In this document: piece by piece, positions 57,725 through 64,000 of the stretch
How the letters are laid out: the number at the start of each line of letters is the position of its first letter
Numbering within the stretch: position 1 is the stretch's first letter
Assembly: GCA_050613775.1 (NCBI GenBank)
Contig: JBODTK010000134.1
Location: 186,001-250,000, forward strand
Length of the DNA stretch: 64,000 nt
Direction: 5' to 3'
From: Neocallimastix sp. 'constans'
Taxonomy: Eukaryota
The notes under the pieces: generated by a model
Database searches by the model: none
Seen by the model: only the letters and a program-made list of their open reading frames with translations
Told to the model about the DNA's origin: nothing
Made by a program: the position numbers and the translations under genes

Positions 57725-58317
57725 ATCAAATTTTAACTAATTTTAACAAATTTTAACTTTATTTTATTTTATTTTATTATATATATAAATATTTTTTTTT
57801 TTTTTTTTTTTTGATTGGATATTTGAATATATTTTAATGTAAAAGATATAAAAAAAAATAAAAAAATAAAAAATATTAATGATATTCATGAATATATCAT
57901 TTATTATCATTTATTAAGATCAAAATAATAAAAAATTTAAAAATTTTAGTGATAAAGATTATAATAATAAAAAAAGCTTTATCAACAATCTATTCTTCAA
58001 ATAAAAAAAAAATAAAAATAAAAAAATAAAAATATTAAAACAAATTATAAAATAAAAAAATAATATATAAATGATAGTGATGTATTAAATAAATTCCTAT
58101 AAAATAAAAAAAAATTTTTTTTTTTTTATTTAAAATTTATTATTATTTTGCTTATTTCTATTTTTTTTTTTTTATTATTTCTTTCTTATCTTTTGTTACC
58201 ATTAAAACAAAAAATAATAATAAATAAAATATATGTTATATATATATGAATTTTAATAATAAATATAGGTAAAAAATTTTATTTTTTAATTTTCTAAATT
58301 TTTTTATTTATTTTAAT

Positions 58318-58363
<46 letters not shown>

Positions 58364-59195
58364 TAAAAAAAGAAAGAAAAAAAATAAAGATAATAATAAA
58401 TGATTAGATATGTTTATTAGTACTAATTATTATTATTAAATTAAAAAATAAAAATATATTAATTTATTTTTTTTATTTTTATTTTTTTTTTTATTGTTTT
58501 TAAATTTATAAATTATATAAATATATTTATTTTTTTTATTATTATTTTTTTTTTTTTATTGTTTTTAAATTTATAAATTATATAAATAATGATGAGGTTT
58601 ATTTATGTAAAATTCTTTTTCTTTTCCCTTTTTTTTTTTTTTTTTTTTTTTATATATAAAAAAAAAAGGAAAAAAGAATTACTTAATTTAATGTGTATTT
58701 TTTTTTTTTTATGTTCTTTTTGTTAATTATTTTAATTTGTTTCTCTTTTTTTTTATATATATATTTATAATATATAATATTAAAATTTTAATTTTTGTAT
58801 TTTAAAAAAAATTTTTTTTTTATTCCATCTTTTTAAAATAGATGTAATAAATATAATAAAATAAAAAAAAAAAAATAATTATAATTAATTTATAATAAAG
58901 AATTAAAAAAAATTTAATAGTTTTTTTTTATAAGATTTTTTTTTTTTTTTAATTTTAATAAAAAAAAATGTATTAATTTATATTTGTAGTATAAGTTAAG
59001 TTTAAGTTAGTTTATATTTTCTAAAATTGAATCTAATTTAATCAAAAAAAATATATATATATATATATATAATATATAATAGTTTTTTTTTTTCTGTTTT
59101 GGTTGTATTTGTGTTGTTCAAAAAATGAAAAAAAAATTATTTTTTTTTTTTTTAAATATTTTTCATCTTTTTCCATTCTTCAAAAAAAAAAAAAA

Positions 59196-61387
59196 TTAAT
59201 GTTTAACAACAACTTCATTAGCTAATTTTAAAGCTTGATCAAGATCTCTTATAATATCTTCAGTTTCTTCAATACCAACAGAAAGTCGAATAAGAGTATC
59301 AGTAATACCAAGTTTAGCTCTTTCCTCTGGAGGTACAGCAGCATGAGTCATAATACAAGGTATTTCACATAAACTTTCTACTCCACCTAAACTTTCAGCT
59401 AAAGTAAATATCTTTAAACTGGAAAGGAATTTATTGGATGTATCAAGATTACCCTTAATTCTAATACTCATCATAGCACCAAAACCTTTCATTTGTTTCT
59501 TAGCAAGTTCATGTTGCTTATGACTTTCTAAACCTGGATAATAGACAGCTTCTACTAATGGATGAGCTTCTAAGAATTTAGCAACAGCTAAAGCATTCTT
59601 TTCATGTTGTCTCATACGAATAGCTAAAGTTTTTAAACCACGATTAGCTAACCAACTATCGAATGGACTTGGAATAGCACCAACAGCATTTTGAATGAAA
59701 CGTAAACGTTCAATAAGTTCTTCACTGTTCGTGACAGCAATACCCATAATAACATCAGAGTGACCATTAATATATTTACTAACAGAATTAACACAAATAT
59801 CAGCTCCTAAAGCTATTGGAGTTTGGAAGTATGGACTCATGAAAGTGTTATCAACAACAACAATAATATCCTTATTTATTTCCTTTGTAACCTTTATAAG
59901 AGCCTTAATATCAACAATCTTCATAGTTGGGTTAGTTGGAGATTCAATCCAAATAAGTTTAGTGTTTTCCTTAATTTCAGTCTTAAGAATATTTGGATCA
60001 CTTAAATCAATAAAGGAGGATTCAATACCTTGAGTACTGGCAACTCTTCTAAGGAAACGATTGGTACCACCATAAACATCATCAATACTGATAACGTGAT
60101 CACCAGCCTTAATTAAGTTAATAATTGCAGCAGTAGTAGCAGAACCGGAAGCGAAAGCACAACCTATTTTTTATTACATTTTTTTTTTTTATGATAAATA
60201 ATAGAATGATATGATATAATGATAAATTAATATATTATTAAATTATTTATTTATTCTTATTTATTTTCGAAAAAAAAAAAAATTTTTTTTCTTTTTCAAC
60301 ATATATACTTTTATCATTTTTTTTTTTTTATAAAATTAATATTATTATAATTATTTATTTATCTATAATATTATTTTTGTTTTGTTTTACTATTATTCGA
60401 AAAAATAAATAAAAAAATAATAAAATAAAATTAAATAATTATGATATTTATAATAATATTTACCATATTTAGCACCTTCTAAAGAAGCAACAGCTCTTTC
60501 AAAACTGTTTCTGGATGGATTATTAGTTCTAGAGTATTCATAACCCTATAATTTATTTTTACCAAATAAAAATATAAAATAAAGATATAAAAAAATAATA
60601 AAAAAAAAAAAAAAAAGAAAAAATTTAATAAATATTTATTTTGATAAAGTTTAATATATTTTTCTCTTTTTTACTACTAAACAAATATTTTTTTCAATTA
60701 ACTATTTTATTATTTTATCATTATTACTATTTTTATATAACTTTTTTTATTATTTATTAATATAAATATTATAAATAAAAGTATATATTGAATTCTTTTT
60801 TTTTTTTATGAAATAAAAAAAAAAAAAAAAACTTACAGTGTTAACACCAGCAGCACTTTGTTTAAAAGTAGTTGATAAACTGATAGAAGGAATAACTGCA
60901 CCAGTAACTGGGTCTGGTTCCTGTCCAACATGAACAGCACGAGTAGAAAAACCGAAGTCTTCTTCAGATAAAGTTGGGTTACTAGTTTTTATTATTATTA
61001 TTATTATTATTATATTATCAATTCATATAAACAAAAGATAATAATATTAAATATTTTGGTTAAAAAATATTATTTTTAAATAAAATAAAAATATATAAAT
61101 AAACAATAGCATATATTAAATTAATAAATAAATAATATGATCTCTTTTTTTTTATTATATAATTTTTTTTTTCTACTTTAATAATATCAAATATAATTAT
61201 TATCTCGGTTTTTTTTTTTTTTTTTTGTTTATTTATTTTTTATTTATCTCTCTTTTTTTTTTTTTTTTTTTTTAATAGTTCCTCCTTCTATATCTTTTTT
61301 CTAACATTTCCTTTAATAGTTGGTATAAAAAAAAAAAAAAACTTACGTTGAGTTAAGTTCGTTGGCTTGATTAACAGTGCTTATCAT
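59196..61387 (-). CDS. CYS3: Cystathionine gamma-lyase (PLP-dependent), 4 exons
   Basis: GFSTRAVHVGQEPDPVTGAVIPSISLSTTFKQ, GYEYSRTNNP, FASGSATT, DDVYGGTNR, WIESPTNP, VDNTFMSPYFQ, SVSKYINGHSDV (PLP Lys), LAESLGGVESL, LIRLSVGIE. Confidence 0.93.
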
Positions 61388-62196
61388 TTTGAAAATTTTT
61401 TATTATATAAATTTTATGAATTAAAAAAAAAACTTTATTAAAATTTAAAGGTAAATATTTTTTTTCTGATTAAATTAGATTTTAAATTAATTATTTTTTA
61501 AAGAGTAGTTTTCTTAATTGTAAAAAATTTAAATTAGAAAAAAAAATTTTTTTATGTTATAATAACAGTATGTGTTTTTATAAAATTTATAAAAGTATTA
61601 AATAAATTAAATTTTATTAAATTTTTTGCTCTTATTTCTATAATATTAAATTATATTATATTATATTAAATTATATTATATTATATTAAAAATTAATATA
61701 TAAAAAAATATTTGATATGAAAATATTTGAATTTAAAATATAATTTGTTCTTTTTGCTTGATATTTATATGAATTTTTTTTTTTTCTTTTATATATATTA
61801 TCTTCATTTCTAATTTTTTTTTTTTTCCTTTTAATTATAGTTTTGTTAATTTTATTTATTATTTTATTATTAATTTATTATTTATTATCATTTATTATTT
61901 ATTATTTATTTATTCCCTGAATTAGATAAAAATAAATGTTTATTGGTTTTATATATTGCATAATATATATCTTTTATATTGTTATTATATTAATTATATT
62001 AAAAGATAATTAAAAACAATATATATAATATGTATCACTAATATATTTTAATTATATAAAATATAAAAATAATAATATATATATAATAGAATTGATATAA
62101 ATTAAAATATAATATATATAATATAATATAATATATATAAATTTTATATAATATTTATTTATTTATTTATTTTATATTTATTTACCTTTTAGTTTA

Positions 62197-62264
<68 letters not shown>

Positions 62265-63217
62265 TTTCATAATATTATTATATAGGATTATACTTTATAT
62301 TTTTACCTATTCATTATTTTTTATTAATTCCCACTCTTCTTGTGCTGAATGAATTATACGAACCACTGTTTATAGGAATTAATAATATTTTTAAAAAAAA
62401 AAAAAAATACAAACCAAACCAAACCAGAGTAAGCCATTACTGATATATCAATATAATAGCCAACAATTTAAATAAATAGCTGGTTTAGGTTTATTTTTCT
62501 ATTTTTTTTTTCTATGAACATTATTATATTATTCAATTGGTATTTGTGTTTTTATTTGAATAATAATAGTTTATATTGTTTATTTATTTTATTCCTATTT
62601 GTATTTATATTTTATTATATATTTTATTATATTGACTCTTATTACAACGTCTTTTTCCTCTACAATAAAAAAGTTTTTATTTATTTATTTATTTATTTAT
62701 TAATCTATTATGAATATTTATTTATTTATTTTTTATTTATTTATTTATTATTTTTTGGTGAAAAAATTAAAATAAAAAAAAAAAAAGATGAATTTCGAAG
62801 AAGGAGAATTGAGCTGCTCTATTTTATGGTTTCAGTTAACTCATCATTGGATGAAATGGTATGATAATTAGCCAATAAAAATTAAGCGTCACCATGGTTT
62901 ATTTTTTAATTGTTAAATATATTTTTCTTTTTTTATTTTATTTTTTTTATAAATTAATATTAACAATTTAAATTTATTATATTAAAGTATATTATAAATA
63001 TATAGTATTTAATAAATTAATTATATTATTTAATAAAATTATAATTTAATTAATAAAATTTATTTTACATAAATTATATAAACCCATATTTGAAATATAA
63101 TGCAATATATTATGTTAATAAAAATTGTTTATATACAATAATATATAGTATATAATGAAATATATACAAATATATTTTATTTATTACATTTATTTTGTTA
63201 AATTAATTTTGATTTAA

Positions 63218-63264
<47 letters not shown>

Positions 63265-64000
63265 ATTAGAGACAACCATAAAATTTTAAAATTTTTACAG
63301 GCAAAATATTAGCAATAGCAAATAAATATAGATTTGAGTTATTTTAGGTTGGGAAAAAAAAAATAATAAAAAATAAAAAATAGATATAAAAAATAATCAT
63401 AATATAAATAATAATAAAATAAATGATGGATAAACAAATATTTTATTCATTTTCATTTCTTTTTTTTTTTTTTTATTTATACAATTAATATATCAAGATA
63501 ATAAAAATACTTTAAGAATATTGGTTTTCTGTTCCTATATTTAAAAAATATATCTACTTTTTTTTTTTATTTTTATTCTTATTTCAATCCATATTTTATC
63601 TATATTTTATTGTTATTTATATGACCCTTTATTATAAATAAATAACTGAAAAAAAAAAAAAGAATGTTTTAGTTTTTGATTCATTTTTTGTATTTTTTTT
63701 TTTTTTTTTTTTTTGTATTGTTTCCTGTATAAATTATTAGTAATAATGTAATGTATACAATAATAATATTAGAAGAATCAAGTAGTGACTGGTTAAAATC
63801 AAATGTAATAAAAGAGAAACAGTTGACAAAAATAGAAAGCATCAAAAAATAATTAAATGAATATGGGAAATATAACTAAATAAATTATTAATAAATAAAT
63901 AAATGTAAAAATGAATCATTATTACAAACTAACAAACTTTAATTAATAAAGGAAAAAAATATAATAAAATAAAAATAAAAATAAAAATAAAAGTAAAAAT

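Overview
Extremely AT-rich, intron-rich eukaryotic genomic DNA. An anaerobic gut fungus (Neocallimastigomycota) is the most plausible source; this is inferred from composition, intron style and gene content, not proven. I reconstructed 11 protein-coding genes by hand: an intronless PLD-fold/zinc-ribbon-repeat protein, a small basic protein, a MATE transporter, a coilin-like protein, a SAM+HMG-box factor, RPC40, an atypical G-alpha, CWC15, a cyclophilin, a C2CD5-like protein, an SDR and CYS3 make up the set (12 counting the unassigned small ORF). There is also a decayed ankyrin pseudogene, a copia RNase H relic and a transposon nest at 53.2-57.0 kb. The nest holds a TIR element containing a ~93-bp poly(A)-tailed cloverleaf retroposon with a 14-bp TSD, next to a dead LINE. 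The best candidate for an undescribed system is the gene at 2321-4027: dead PLD half + intact HxK PLD half + 6-7 Cys4 zinc ribbons + RGG/Tyr tail, probably of prokaryotic origin. Most short ORFs in the supplied track are microsatellite artefacts. All family assignments come from motif recognition by eye; no searches were run.
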